Assembly (NCBI GenBank): GCA_964348895.1
Contig: CAYGEH010000001.1
Location: 72,676-108,592, forward strand
DNA from: an uncultured Gammaproteobacteria bacterium
Lineage (GTDB): Bacteria; Patescibacteriota; Microgenomatia; 0-14-0-10-38-17
DNA length: 35,917 nucleotides
Direction of reading: 5' to 3'
Position 1 is the first letter of the stretch, and each line of letters begins with the position of its first letter. Shown one piece after another: positions 24,827 through 34,478 of this stretch. A model generated the notes under the pieces. That model searched no databases and was not told the origin of the DNA. It saw only the letters and a list, made by a program, of their open reading frames with translations. The position numbers and the translations under genes were made by a program.

Positions 24827-25837
24827 TTAATTTGAATAAAAAATTGTTTTTCCTTCTCTGGTCATTTTAATTGGCCATTCTTTGCTAACAGCTTCCTTTG
24901 TTTTAACGTCAATAATAAGCTCAACTAGAATTCCCCTTTCGACCTCGGGCTGAAAAAATTGATCAAAAACAAAATTTCCTAAAGAATAATAAATTGTTTT
25001 TCCTTGATAAATTTCTTTTTGTTGAACCACATGAGGATGTGACCCAATAATAAGATCAACCCCCTGATCAATAAACTCTCTGGCTAGTTTTTCAATAACA
25101 GCCCCAGCGCGAGGTTGATATTCATTGCCCCAATGGGAATAAAGAATTAGCCAATCAACCTTTCCCGCTAAACTAGCAATATCTTCTTTTGCAGCCACCA
25201 AACCTCCTTCAAGAAACTGATTGTAGTTAACAAACCCCAAAACTAAACCGTTAATTTCTTTTGTTATGGTTCTGTTCTGCCTGTCTCCAGTAAATCCAAA
25301 AAAAGAAACTCCACTATCGGTTAAATATTCTCTGGTTGTCAACAGGCCTTCTCGGCCAAAATTTAAAATATGGTTGTTTCCTAAAGAAACCAGCCTAATG
25401 TTGTGATTGGCCAACAGAGGGGCAACTTGAAGGTCGAAAGTGAAAATAAAGTTCTTGGGTGTTCCTGGAACTGTTCCCAGGCTAAGCGAAGAATTTTGAG
25501 TAATCGGTCCCTCCAAATTAGCAACAACTAGGTCATACTCTAAAAAGAATTCCTTAAGATCAGAAAAAATAGGGTCATAACTTCCTCGTTGCTGGCTCTT
25601 GAAACGAATGTGGCGATCAAACATTAGATCTCCTCCAAAGAGAAGCCTTACCTTGGTTGCTGTTTTTTTGTCATCATTTAACCAATTATCCTCCTCTGTT
25701 TTGGGGTAATCAGATAGAGAGTCTTCGTTTTTAAAAAAAAATAAATTTATTTTTGGCCAAGACAAAATCCCCACTCCTAGCATCAAGAAAAAGGTTGTTA
25801 AAAATATAATCGCTTTTTTTCTCATCACTTCTGTCAT
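24827..25837 (-). CDS. CapA/PGA_cap-family metallophosphoesterase, membrane-anchored
   Basis: GDLMFDR, NLEGP, LGNNH, HWGNEY, IGSHPHV, YSLGNFVFDQ. Confidence 0.92.
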   Translation of the reverse strand: MTEVMRKKAIIFLTTFFLMLGVGILSWPKINLFFFKNEDSLSDYPKTEEDNWLNDDKKTATKVRLLFGGDLMFDRHIRFKSQQRGSYDPIFSDLKEFFLEYDLVVANLEGPITQNSSLSLGTVPGTPKNFIFTFDLQVAPLLANHNIRLVSLGNNHILNFGREGLLTTREYLTDSGVSFFGFTGDRQNRTITKEINGLVLGFVNYNQFLEGGLVAAKEDIASLAGKVDWLILYSHWGNEYQPRAGAVIEKLAREFIDQGVDLIIGSHPHVVQQKEIYQGKTIYYSLGNFVFDQFFQPEVERGILVELIIDVKTKEAVSKEWPIKMTREGKTIFYSN

Positions 25838-27360
25838 TACATATCGCCAAGCTTTTGCGATCGAAAACTTAGGGCTTCAGCAAGGTCATTCTGGCTAATT
25901 ATTTCTCGATTGGCCAAGTCAGCAATTGTTTGAGCCACCTTAATAGTCCGATAAAAGCCCCGAGCTGAAAGAGCCATTGTTTCTGAAGCAGAAGAAAGCA
26001 TTGACCAAGACTGGTTTTCCATGCGACAAAACCGCTTTACTTCTTTGCTTCCCATTTCGGCATTGGAACCCAACCGAGTACCAACAAAGCGCTGATGTTG
26101 TTTTTTCCGAGCCTCTTCTACCTTTAACCTAACTTTACTTGAACTTTCTCCGTTTTCTTTTTGAATTAGTTTAGTAATTGGTACGGCTGGAACCTCAACA
26201 TGAATATCTATTCTGTCCATCAGAGGCCCAGAAAGACGCTTTTGATAACGACTAATTTCCGTCGAAGAACACCGACAAACTTTTTTAGAATCACCCAGAA
26301 AACCACAAGGACAGGGATTTGAGGCGGCCACTAAAGTAAATTGGGCTGGATAAGAAAACCGACCCCGAGATCGAGCAATGCTTACAAAACCATCTTCTAC
26401 TGGTTGACGCAGAGCCTCTAAAACATGTCTGGGAAATTCTGGTAATTCGTCCAAAAACAAGGCCCCTCGATGGGCCAAAGAAACTTCTCCTGGAAGAGGA
26501 AAGCTTCCTCCACCAATCAAACCAACCTGAGAAACACTATGGTGGGGGCTTCTAAAAGGACGAAGACTAACCAAGCCTTTTTCTAAATTGCCAGAAACCG
26601 AATAAATTTTCGTTACCTCCAAAACCTCTTTCTCGGTCATTGTCGGCATAATTCCCGGCAAAGCTCTCGCCAATAAAGTTTTTCCAGAGCCGGGTGGTCC
26701 ATAAAAAAATAAATTATGTCCTCCAGCGGCGGCAATCTCTAGGGCTCTTTTTGCTTGGCTCTGGCCGTTAATATCTTTAAAATCAAAATCTATTTCCTGT
26801 TTTTGAAAAAGAATTTTTCTATTAAAAACAAAGGGTTTAATCAGCTTTACTTCACTAAAATGAAGCAACAATTCTCTTAATTTTTTTAAGGGATAAACAA
26901 CCAAGTCTCGGATAATCGCCACTTCTACTGAATTATCAAAGGGAACAAATAATTCCTTTATTCTGGATTCTTTTGCCAAAATAGCCGCCGATAAACAACC
27001 ATTAACCCGACGAAGATCGCCACTTAGCGATAATTCTCCTAAAAATAAACCACTGAGGTTAGTTTTTATCTGACCAGAAGCTCTAAGTATTCCCAGAGCA
27101 ATCGGCAAGTCATAAAAAGTTCCCATTTTGGGAATATCGGCTGGAGCCAAATTAACAATTATCCTGTGGCTAGGAAAATCAAGTCCAGAATTCTTAATCG
27201 CACTTCTAACTCTTTCTTTGGCCTCCTCAACCGCCTTGTCTGCTAGGCCAACAATGGTAAAGCTAGGTAGTCCTTGATTAGAAACATCAACCTCAATATC
27301 TATGCCAACTGCCTCTAGTCCTAAAATCGCTGCCGAAGACACTCTGGCCAACATAGCCAT
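25837..27360 (-). CDS. comM: YifB/ComM Mg-chelatase-related AAA+ ATPase
   Basis: LPSFTIVGLAD..V.EAKERVR, NLAPAD, GPPGSGKT, PFRSPHH, PGEVSLAHRGALFLDE, NPCPCG; TAATG stop/start overlap with the capA-like gene. Confidence 0.95.
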   Translation of the reverse strand: MAMLARVSSAAILGLEAVGIDIEVDVSNQGLPSFTIVGLADKAVEEAKERVRSAIKNSGLDFPSHRIIVNLAPADIPKMGTFYDLPIALGILRASGQIKTNLSGLFLGELSLSGDLRRVNGCLSAAILAKESRIKELFVPFDNSVEVAIIRDLVVYPLKKLRELLLHFSEVKLIKPFVFNRKILFQKQEIDFDFKDINGQSQAKRALEIAAAGGHNLFFYGPPGSGKTLLARALPGIMPTMTEKEVLEVTKIYSVSGNLEKGLVSLRPFRSPHHSVSQVGLIGGGSFPLPGEVSLAHRGALFLDELPEFPRHVLEALRQPVEDGFVSIARSRGRFSYPAQFTLVAASNPCPCGFLGDSKKVCRCSSTEISRYQKRLSGPLMDRIDIHVEVPAVPITKLIQKENGESSSKVRLKVEEARKKQHQRFVGTRLGSNAEMGSKEVKRFCRMENQSWSMLSSASETMALSARGFYRTIKVAQTIADLANREIISQNDLAEALSFRSQKLGDM

Positions 27361-27411
27361 AGCTTACTCCAATTAAAACTTCGTCGCAAGAAGAGGATGA
27401 TTAAGGAAAAA

Positions 27412-27769
27412 CCCTCAAGAGAGAGTAAGCCAGGTTCTGTTTTGCGATGGAAATCTATCTAATGCTCCTAAACTAAAGATTAAGGCGGAAGTGGCCATCT
27501 TTTTTTGGATTGCAACCGGGAGGATTGCCTCGCTCGTCAAAGACAAGCGCATCGCCTCAGGCGATCGTTTCACCCCAATCCCTTCAGTCTCAATAACTTT
27601 TGACCGAAAAGAACTGGAATCGTCTCTGTGGCTCTAACTGTTCCCGTCCAAAAGTAGGACGAGACCCCCAAACCTTAATTGGGGCACCGAACTTCCTGTT
27701 GCCTGGACTTTCCTCTCCGTTATCTCTAAAAAAATAGAAACAACAGAGTATCCATCCTTCTCTTAAGGG
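27412..27769 (-). ncRNA. rnpB: RNase P RNA (A-type-like, apparently lacking P18)
   Basis: GAGGAAAGTCC (27705-27715) and ACAGAACCTGGCTTA (P4 partners); GCCACAGA; GTGAAAC; P1 cccttaagaga/tctcttgaggg; P2 and P3 pairings visible. Ends are approximate. Confidence 0.93.
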
Positions 27770-27776
27770 TAGGCTA

Positions 27777-27785
27777 ATTATATCA
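27777..27785 (-). promoter_or_regulatory. Extended -10 promoter (TGaTATAAT) for rnpB
   Basis: 7 nt upstream of the predicted P1 5' end. Confidence 0.75.
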
Positions 27786-27802
27786 AAAAAGAAGCCAAGA
27801 CT

Positions 27803-28789
27803 CTAGTTTATTTTTCCAATTTGAGGCAAAACTACTTCCTTAACCAAAACCTTAATTATTAATATTGTCGGCAAAATAAACACTGCCCCAACCACTCCAG
27901 CTAAACGAAACCCAATCAATAACCCTAAAAGAGTAATTATTGGATTAATACCAATAATACCCTCCATCACCTTCGGAGTAATAAAATTACTTTCTAATTG
28001 CTGTATCGTTAAGAAAACTAGGGTTGTCAATAAGCCCATTGTCGGGCTAATAGTAAAGCCGATTATAATCGCTGGAACGGCGGCAACAACCGGACCAACG
28101 CTAGGCAAAATCTCTAACAAGCCAGCCAGAAAGGCCAGAGGTAAAGCATAGGGAAGACCCAAAAATAGCAGAGCCAAGTAAATCAAAAAGCCAACAACAA
28201 ACATCATTAATAATCGGCCCCACAGCCAATGACCCACTTCTGTCTCCGACTTTTTGATTATTTCTTCGATTCTTCCAGCCAACCCCTCACCAAGAAAATT
28301 ACCCAACCGAGTCGATAATTTTTTTCTATCCAGAATTAAATAAAAGCTAACTACAAAAACAGCAAGCACTTGAACTAAATTGCTAAAAATAGCTTGAGTC
28401 ACCCGAAAAATATCTCCCGACAGCGGTAAAATGCTTCTTAGCGGATCGCGTAAAAACTCTAATAGCCAATCGCTAGCCCCAGTTTGTTCGCCTAATTTAA
28501 TAATTTGTTGAATCAATAAAGCACTTTGTTGTAATAGGGGCCCAGCCAAAAGAAACAGGGCTAGGGCTAACAAACCAAAAAAGATTAAATAATTTAATAA
28601 AATTGCTATTGCTCTAGGAATTCTTAAGCTTTCTAGTCTATTAACCCCTGGACCTAAAGCCAACATTAGCAACAAACCAACATAGAAAATCAAAATAATA
28701 TCTCGAATTAAATAAGCAAACCAGAGTAGAAATAAAATACCTAAGACAAAAAGGATTGTTTTATGGGAAATCTCCACTTTTTTAATCAT
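27803..28789 (-). CDS. AI-2E family transporter (PurR-regulated permease PerM-like)
   Basis: Multi-TM; LALGPGVNRLE, AGLLEILPSVGP, IQQLESNFITPKVM, INPIITLLGLLIG. Confidence 0.92.
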   Translation of the reverse strand: MIKKVEISHKTILFVLGILFLLWFAYLIRDIILIFYVGLLLMLALGPGVNRLESLRIPRAIAILLNYLIFFGLLALALFLLAGPLLQQSALLIQQIIKLGEQTGASDWLLEFLRDPLRSILPLSGDIFRVTQAIFSNLVQVLAVFVVSFYLILDRKKLSTRLGNFLGEGLAGRIEEIIKKSETEVGHWLWGRLLMMFVVGFLIYLALLFLGLPYALPLAFLAGLLEILPSVGPVVAAVPAIIIGFTISPTMGLLTTLVFLTIQQLESNFITPKVMEGIIGINPIITLLGLLIGFRLAGVVGAVFILPTILIIKVLVKEVVLPQIGKIN

Positions 28790-28808
28790 CGTTATTACTA
28801 ATATACCA

Positions 28809-29795
28809 TTAGTTTATTTTTCTTGCCACTTTGGAAACCAACCCCTCTTCTTGGGCCATAAACCAGTTTATTGCTTTGTTCTTTTTAAACCAAGTAATTT
28901 GTCGCCTGGCATATTGACTTTCATTTTTTCGCCAACGATCAAGAACTCCTTGAAGGACTTTCTTTTTTTTGTTTTCTGGAGAAAAAAAATATTCCTCCCA
29001 CTCTTGGTAAGCAATGGTTTGACCCAAAGCGCTGTGTTCAAAACTATACTTACCCAAAAGCCTCTCTATTTCCTCTTTTAAGCCCAATTTAAGGCGATTA
29101 TTAATTCTTTGGTTAATTCTTTGCTCAAGCTTTGACAAGGGGGCTTTTAGGCCAATCCAAATAATATTTTCTTTGGCCAAAAACAAGTGTTCTGTTTTTT
29201 TTACTTGATCGGTTTTTTTACTAATAGCAACCTCAATCGCCCTGATCAATCTTCTTGGATTATGTTTATCGGAGTTGTTCATTTTATTAAAGCGAGCGAC
29301 ATCAAGTTTGTTTAGCTTTTGCTGAAGCTCTAGAAGACTTAATTGATCAAGTTTTTTACGCAAATCTTGGTTTGGTTTTACTCCGATAGTTTCAACTCCC
29401 TCAGTTAGAGCTTTAAGATAGAATCCAGTTCCGCCAACCAAAATAGGCAACTTTCTTCTCTCCCAAATGTTATTTATCACAGGAACAGCCACCTTAAGAT
29501 AGTCAGCCACACTAAAACGATAATCAGGCCAAACTAAATCTAGCAACCAAATTGGTACTCCTGAAACTAAATAATAGCCAATTTGATATTTTTCTTTTTT
29601 TAATTCTGGAGCTAGGCTTTTTGTCTTAAATTCTAGCCCCACAGGAATGTCTTTTCCGGTTCCAATATTCATTCCTCGATAAACTTGGCGAGAGTCAGCA
29701 TTAACCAGCTCGCCGTTAAGCTTCTTGGCTAATTTAACGGCCAAGGCTGTTTTTCCAACTCCCGTTGGTCCACAAATAATTAACAGCTTTTTCAT
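28809..29795 (-). CDS. miaA: tRNA dimethylallyltransferase
   Basis: GPTGVGKT, NADSRQVYRGMNIGTGK, VGGTGFY, NPRRLIRAIEV, YARRQITWF. Confidence 0.97.
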   Translation of the reverse strand: MKKLLIICGPTGVGKTALAVKLAKKLNGELVNADSRQVYRGMNIGTGKDIPVGLEFKTKSLAPELKKEKYQIGYYLVSGVPIWLLDLVWPDYRFSVADYLKVAVPVINNIWERRKLPILVGGTGFYLKALTEGVETIGVKPNQDLRKKLDQLSLLELQQKLNKLDVARFNKMNNSDKHNPRRLIRAIEVAISKKTDQVKKTEHLFLAKENIIWIGLKAPLSKLEQRINQRINNRLKLGLKEEIERLLGKYSFEHSALGQTIAYQEWEEYFFSPENKKKKVLQGVLDRWRKNESQYARRQITWFKKNKAINWFMAQEEGLVSKVARKIN

Positions 29796-29885
29796 CTTTT
29801 CTTTCTTTTTCTTGTCAATATTACAGAGCTCTAAAATAAACTAGATTAAAAACTAATAACAAAAAATATTTACAAGGTAGCTCTT

Positions 29886-30995
29886 TTAAAAAACTTGCCT
29901 TGAATTAATTAATTTTTCTAAAATTTGCCAGCGACGCTTTTTCTCAGCCCAAGAAACGTCGTCAACCAACTTCTCTGCTACAGTTCCCGGTCTTGGTGAA
30001 TATTTATTAATATAAGCTTTATAAAAATCAACCTTCTGGCAGAGGTCAACCGTTTTCAAGAATTGCTGCTTTGTCTCCCCAGGAAAACCGACGATAATAT
30101 CGGTACTAATCAAAATATCAGGAACTTCTTTTTTAATTTTTTCTACTAATTTAATATATTGAATTGCAGTATATTTTCTATTCATTTTTTGCAATATTTC
30201 TTCATCGCCAGATTGAACTGGTAAGTGAAGTTGTCGACTTACCTTATTGAACTTAAGGGACTTAATAATGTCATTATCTAAATCGTGAGGATTAGAAGTT
30301 AAAAAAGAAATTTCTTCAACTTCTTTCAGATTATTAAGCGTTCCAATAAGTCGAGCAAACGGGGTAGTAAAATCATCACAGTCCAAAACTTCTAATTGAA
30401 CTTTTTTTAAATCTTTGCCGTAACTATTAACATTTTGGCCCAATAAGAAAACTTTTTGTCGACCATTATTTTTTGCCACTTGCTTGATTTGACAGATTAT
30501 TTTTTCGGGATCAAGAGACTTTTCTCTCCCTCTAGCATAAGGAACAACGCAATAGCTACAAAAGTTACTACAACCGTCTATAATAGAAACATAAAGTGGA
30601 CCAACGTCTTTTTTTTCAGAAAAACTACAATTAACCTTAACCGCCCAATGTTGAAAAATAAATTCTGGCCAAGAAGAGGATTTAACGAAATAATTAACTC
30701 TGTCGACAAACTTTTCTTTTAAATATTCGTTTTTATGATAAAGAAGACATCCAGAAACAATGACTATTGGCTGTTTTTCCTTCTTGTTTAAATTATACGC
30801 CAAACCAATGACTCGATCTTCGGCCGACTGACGAACGGCACAGGAATTAATTATTACCAAGTCAGCTTTGTTTATTGTTTGGCTTTTTTTTAAACCAACT
30901 TGATCTAAAAAAAAAGAAATTTTTTCTGAGTCAACCTTGTTGGTTTGACAACCAAAGGTTTTAATATAATAGGTTTTTGCCTTAATAAGAAGCAT
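29886..30995 (-). CDS. miaB: tRNA methylthiotransferase MiaB, lacking a TRAM domain
   Basis: TFGCQTN, NSCAVRQSAE, SGCL (UPF0004 domain); GCSNFCSYCVVPYARGRE (CxxxCxxC); GQNVNSYG; YSPRPGT. The protein ends at KLINSRQVF. Confidence 0.88.
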   Translation of the reverse strand: MLLIKAKTYYIKTFGCQTNKVDSEKISFFLDQVGLKKSQTINKADLVIINSCAVRQSAEDRVIGLAYNLNKKEKQPIVIVSGCLLYHKNEYLKEKFVDRVNYFVKSSSWPEFIFQHWAVKVNCSFSEKKDVGPLYVSIIDGCSNFCSYCVVPYARGREKSLDPEKIICQIKQVAKNNGRQKVFLLGQNVNSYGKDLKKVQLEVLDCDDFTTPFARLIGTLNNLKEVEEISFLTSNPHDLDNDIIKSLKFNKVSRQLHLPVQSGDEEILQKMNRKYTAIQYIKLVEKIKKEVPDILISTDIIVGFPGETKQQFLKTVDLCQKVDFYKAYINKYSPRPGTVAEKLVDDVSWAEKKRRWQILEKLINSRQVF

Positions 30996-31081
30996 TTTTA
31001 TTTTATAAATAATTCACAAACAGCTCCACTTGTAGCACTTCTTTTAGTTCTAGAAAAAGAGGGTCTTGTCGGGATTTTTAT

Positions 31082-31594
31082 CTAGTCAATAAAACAAACC
31101 TTGCTTTTTTCATAATCTTGATTAGAATGGGGCGGTTTTTTTTCATCGGGATAGCCAATTGGAAAAGTGGCTATAACTCTAAAATCTTCAGAAATATTAA
31201 GAAGATTTCTAATATACCGCTCGCTTTCTTCTCCCTGACTTGTCTTTGAGTCGCGATTTTGTACCCAACAAGTTCCCAGTCCTTGATTTGTTGCCTCTAA
31301 ATAAATATGAGCTCCTACAATTGAAGCATCTTCCAGCCACTCCCTAGACAAATCTTTATTGGCGCAAACTACAATAGCCAAAGGGGCTTGGGCTATAAAT
31401 GAACCCCAGGGTGTTGCTTGGGCTAACTTGGCTAGAATCTCCTTGTTTTTTACCACCCAAAATCGCCAGGGCTTTCTGTGATTAGCCGAGGGAGAAAATT
31501 GAGCGGCCATTAGAATTGCCTCTAATTTTTCTTTTTCAACTGGTTTATTTTGATAAACCCGAATACTGCGTCGTTTTCTAATTATCTCAAGCAT
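31082..31594 (-). CDS. Nitroreductase-family flavoprotein
   Basis: RRSIRVY, AQFSPSANHRKPWRF, GLGTCWV, PIGYP. Confidence 0.93.
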   Translation of the reverse strand: MLEIIRKRRSIRVYQNKPVEKEKLEAILMAAQFSPSANHRKPWRFWVVKNKEILAKLAQATPWGSFIAQAPLAIVVCANKDLSREWLEDASIVGAHIYLEATNQGLGTCWVQNRDSKTSQGEESERYIRNLLNISEDFRVIATFPIGYPDEKKPPHSNQDYEKSKVCFID

Positions 31595-31668
31595 TTTTAC
31601 TAAAATAGATTATACTATACCTCATTTTTCCAGCCTAAATACCCCAATTTTTTGGCATTATTAAAAAA

Positions 31669-32730
31669 CTATTTACCCGCCCTAAACTCTACCACTTCAT
31701 TGCCCACAAATTGATAATCTCGCCCCTCAAACCTTGTTTTGCCAAAATTACGACAGTTAACCCAACCTCCTAACTTAATAAATTGATCGAGGCTAACTAT
31801 TTCTGCCTTGATAAAGTTTTTTTCAAAATCAGAATGAACTATTCCAGCCGCCCAAGAAGCCAAGGCTCCTTTTTTAATCGACCAGGCTCGAGCCTCTTTA
31901 TTGTTAGCGGTATAAAAACTAACCAAGCCTAAATTTTTATAGGCCTGATTAATTAATTGCTCTAGGCTAGACTTGTTAACCCCAAGGCTAACTAAGTATT
32001 CTTTTCTTTCTTTTGGAGACAGTTGAGATAACTCTGTTTCCATCTTGGCAGAAATAATCATCACCTCTTCACTGAAAAGATCACTAATATTCTTAGAGTT
32101 GGTCGTCACCATTTTTTCTTCAACATTTAAAACAATCAGCTCTGGTTTAGTCGTCAACAGAAAAAAACTGTCTAAAATCTCTTTTTCTTCATCAGTAAAA
32201 TCAACAGTATTAAGAAGTTTTCCTTCTTTCAACAAAGAAGTAATCTTCTTGGCTAACTGAAGGCGAGCCAAGTCTTCTTCTGTTTTTGTTTTTTTGTTCA
32301 AAAAGTTTTCTAAAACCTCAAGATCCTTTAGAGCTAGCTCCATTCTCAAAACAGCCAAATCTTCTTGGGGATTAATTGAGCCAGCCCTAGAAACATTCTC
32401 ATCAGCAAAGGCACGTAAAATATAACAAATTAAGTCTACTTCTCTAATATGGGCCAAAAATCTGTTCCCCAAACCTTCTCCAGTGGCAGCTCCCTTAACT
32501 AGCCCAGCAATATCAATAAACTTAACCACCGCTGGAACTACTTGTCGACTACCAGCAACCTTACCCAAAATCGGCAATTTGTTATCTGGCACTTCGACTA
32601 CCCCAATGTTAGGATCAATTGTACAAAAAGGATAATTTTCCGCCCGAGCCACCTGACGACCAAGAAGGGCATTAAACAAGGTTGACTTACCAGCGTTGGG
32701 CAAACCAACTATTCCAACCGATAAAGACAT
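31669..32730 (-). CDS. ychF: Ribosome-binding ATPase YchF
   Basis: GIVGLPNAGKSTLFN, NYPFCTIDPN, DIAGLVKGA..GEGLGNRFL, HSDFEKNFIKAE. Confidence 0.97.
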   Translation of the reverse strand: MSLSVGIVGLPNAGKSTLFNALLGRQVARAENYPFCTIDPNIGVVEVPDNKLPILGKVAGSRQVVPAVVKFIDIAGLVKGAATGEGLGNRFLAHIREVDLICYILRAFADENVSRAGSINPQEDLAVLRMELALKDLEVLENFLNKKTKTEEDLARLQLAKKITSLLKEGKLLNTVDFTDEEKEILDSFFLLTTKPELIVLNVEEKMVTTNSKNISDLFSEEVMIISAKMETELSQLSPKERKEYLVSLGVNKSSLEQLINQAYKNLGLVSFYTANNKEARAWSIKKGALASWAAGIVHSDFEKNFIKAEIVSLDQFIKLGGWVNCRNFGKTRFEGRDYQFVGNEVVEFRAGK

Positions 32731-32736
32731 ACTTCT

Positions 32737-32768
32737 ATTATACCCCTCAAAAATAATTAAGTTATAAT
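32737..32768. promoter_or_regulatory. Back-to-back TATAAT boxes for ychF (minus, 32737-32742, 6 nt to ATG) and tatD (plus, 32763-32768, 8 nt to ATG)
   Basis: Two perfect TATAAT hexamers in a 46-bp divergent gap. Confidence 0.75.
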
Positions 32769-32776
32769 CTTAAACA

Positions 32777-33577
32777 ATGCTTTTCGATACCCATTGTCAT
32801 CTTAATTTTGAAATCTTTGATAATCAAGAAGAAGCGGTTCTCAACCGTGCTCTTGGGGCTGGGGTTGATTTCTGTTTAGTGCCGGGGTCAAACCTAATCA
32901 CCTCAAAAAAAGCGATTATCTTAGCTAAAAAGCATCAAACTCTTTTCGCCGCCGTCGGCGTTCACCCTCATCATGCTCAAGAAAAAATCGACTTTAACGA
33001 GCTAGAGGACTTGGTTCAAAACTCTCAATGTTCGGCAGTAGGCGAAATTGGCTTAGATTATCATCAATACCAAGAAACAAAACATAAACAATATCAGCTT
33101 GATCAGCACTTTAAGGAAGACCAAAAAAACCTCTTTGTTAGGCAAATAGAATTAGCCAAAAAATATAGAAAACCAATTATCTTTCACAATCGAGAAGCAA
33201 AAGAAGATATTTTGATAATAATCAAAAAACACTGGAATAAAAAACTAGAATACAAAACAGTGTTTCACTGCTGTGAACCAGATGAAGAAGTATTAGCCTT
33301 TGCTCAAAAATATAATATTTTTATTGGTGTTGATGGTGATGTCACTTATTGGAACAAAAAAGCTCTTTTTATCAAAAAAGTCCCCCTAGAAATGCTTGTT
33401 CTGGAAACCGACAGTCCCTATTTAACCCCTGAACCAGTCAAGAAAGAAAAAAGCTTTCCCAACGAACCCAAAAACCTTATTTTTCTTGCCCAGTTTGTTG
33501 CGAAACTAAAAAATATTCCCCTTTCCGTTCTCGCCCCTCAAACCACCGCCAACGCCAAAAGGCTTTTTAACCTTTAA
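32777..33577 (+). CDS. tatD: TatD-family DNase
   Basis: DTHCH, GVHPH, GEIGLDY, IFHNRE, FHC, LETDSPYL. Confidence 0.95.
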   Translation: MLFDTHCHLNFEIFDNQEEAVLNRALGAGVDFCLVPGSNLITSKKAIILAKKHQTLFAAVGVHPHHAQEKIDFNELEDLVQNSQCSAVGEIGLDYHQYQETKHKQYQLDQHFKEDQKNLFVRQIELAKKYRKPIIFHNREAKEDILIIIKKHWNKKLEYKTVFHCCEPDEEVLAFAQKYNIFIGVDGDVTYWNKKALFIKKVPLEMLVLETDSPYLTPEPVKKEKSFPNEPKNLIFLAQFVAKLKNIPLSVLAPQTTANAKRLFNL

Positions 33578-33608
33578 CTCTTTTTGGTCCGCTTTCTCTT
33601 GATTTACC

Positions 33609-34478
33609 TCACCCACGAAGAGCCTGTCCCACTTCTTCTAAAAACCTAAAACCCTTTTCGTGAAACGGAGAACCAGGCAGTTGTTGGAATGGGGAAATAA
33701 CAACCTCCACTCGTAAAGAGCTAACTTCTATTTCTTTTGCTGCTTCAGCCACCTCTTTTAGAATGCCCTTACCAGCCAGCAGGTCACTAACCTCATTGCC
33801 AGAAGAAGGATTAATATCAACCACCTTGATTCCATCTGAAAAAGTCTTAAACTGTCTTTCCCATTCGCCCTGTAGCGGTCTAGTTGGTAATCCAGGCTGA
33901 CTTATTACTCGCCTTGAGGGAAGAAGGTGTTTTGGGTCAAAAACTAAACCAAACCCTCTTTCTTTAGCTTTGGCTAAAATTTCTTCAGAAGAAAGATTTA
34001 TACCCTGGTTTATCTCCACTAAAAGCCTGTCGTCTGGAAAATCTACATCAATCTCGTGAGAGATAAACTTCACTTCTGGAAAAGCTTCGGTTATTTCCCG
34101 AAAAAGCCTGTCACAAGTTGTTTCGCTAGGAAAAAAAGAGTCTTGAAGTATGGGTGGCTCGCTTGTATCTCCTCTATATCTTTTCCAATGTCCAATCAGG
34201 CCAGCCAAAACCGATTTTGTTAAGTTGTCTTCTGCAGTGGGGTTCCATGCTTCTTCAATATGGACAATCTGGAGAGGTGATCTTTTTATTTGATCGACCC
34301 CACTCTCCATTAAGGCCCTAAAGGGTAAAATACACCCAGATTGATAACCTGCTTTGGTCAAACCCCCCAGCAACTCTTTAAAATCTTCCTCTCTTATTGT
34401 AAGAAGCAAACCCCCTGCTAGGTTATATTCAAGCTTTGGGACTTCCGCCCCCGTTGTCTTTTGAGTCTCCATCGACAT
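33609..34478 (-). CDS. Hypothetical protein, possibly a degenerate xylose-isomerase/AP-endonuclease-like TIM barrel
   Basis: Alternating beta/alpha pattern with LLVEIN, LVFDPKH, VVDI, LRVEV; TGaTAGAAT 9 nt upstream (34488-34496). Confidence 0.55.
   Translation of the reverse strand: MSMETQKTTGAEVPKLEYNLAGGLLLTIREEDFKELLGGLTKAGYQSGCILPFRALMESGVDQIKRSPLQIVHIEEAWNPTAEDNLTKSVLAGLIGHWKRYRGDTSEPPILQDSFFPSETTCDRLFREITEAFPEVKFISHEIDVDFPDDRLLVEINQGINLSSEEILAKAKERGFGLVFDPKHLLPSRRVISQPGLPTRPLQGEWERQFKTFSDGIKVVDINPSSGNEVSDLLAGKGILKEVAEAAKEIEVSSLRVEVVISPFQQLPGSPFHEKGFRFLEEVGQALRG

Noticed and set aside
24827-25837. Poly-gamma-glutamate capsule system
   Set aside because: Only the CapA-like phosphoesterase is present, with no capB/capC. 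CapA-like genes commonly occur alone.
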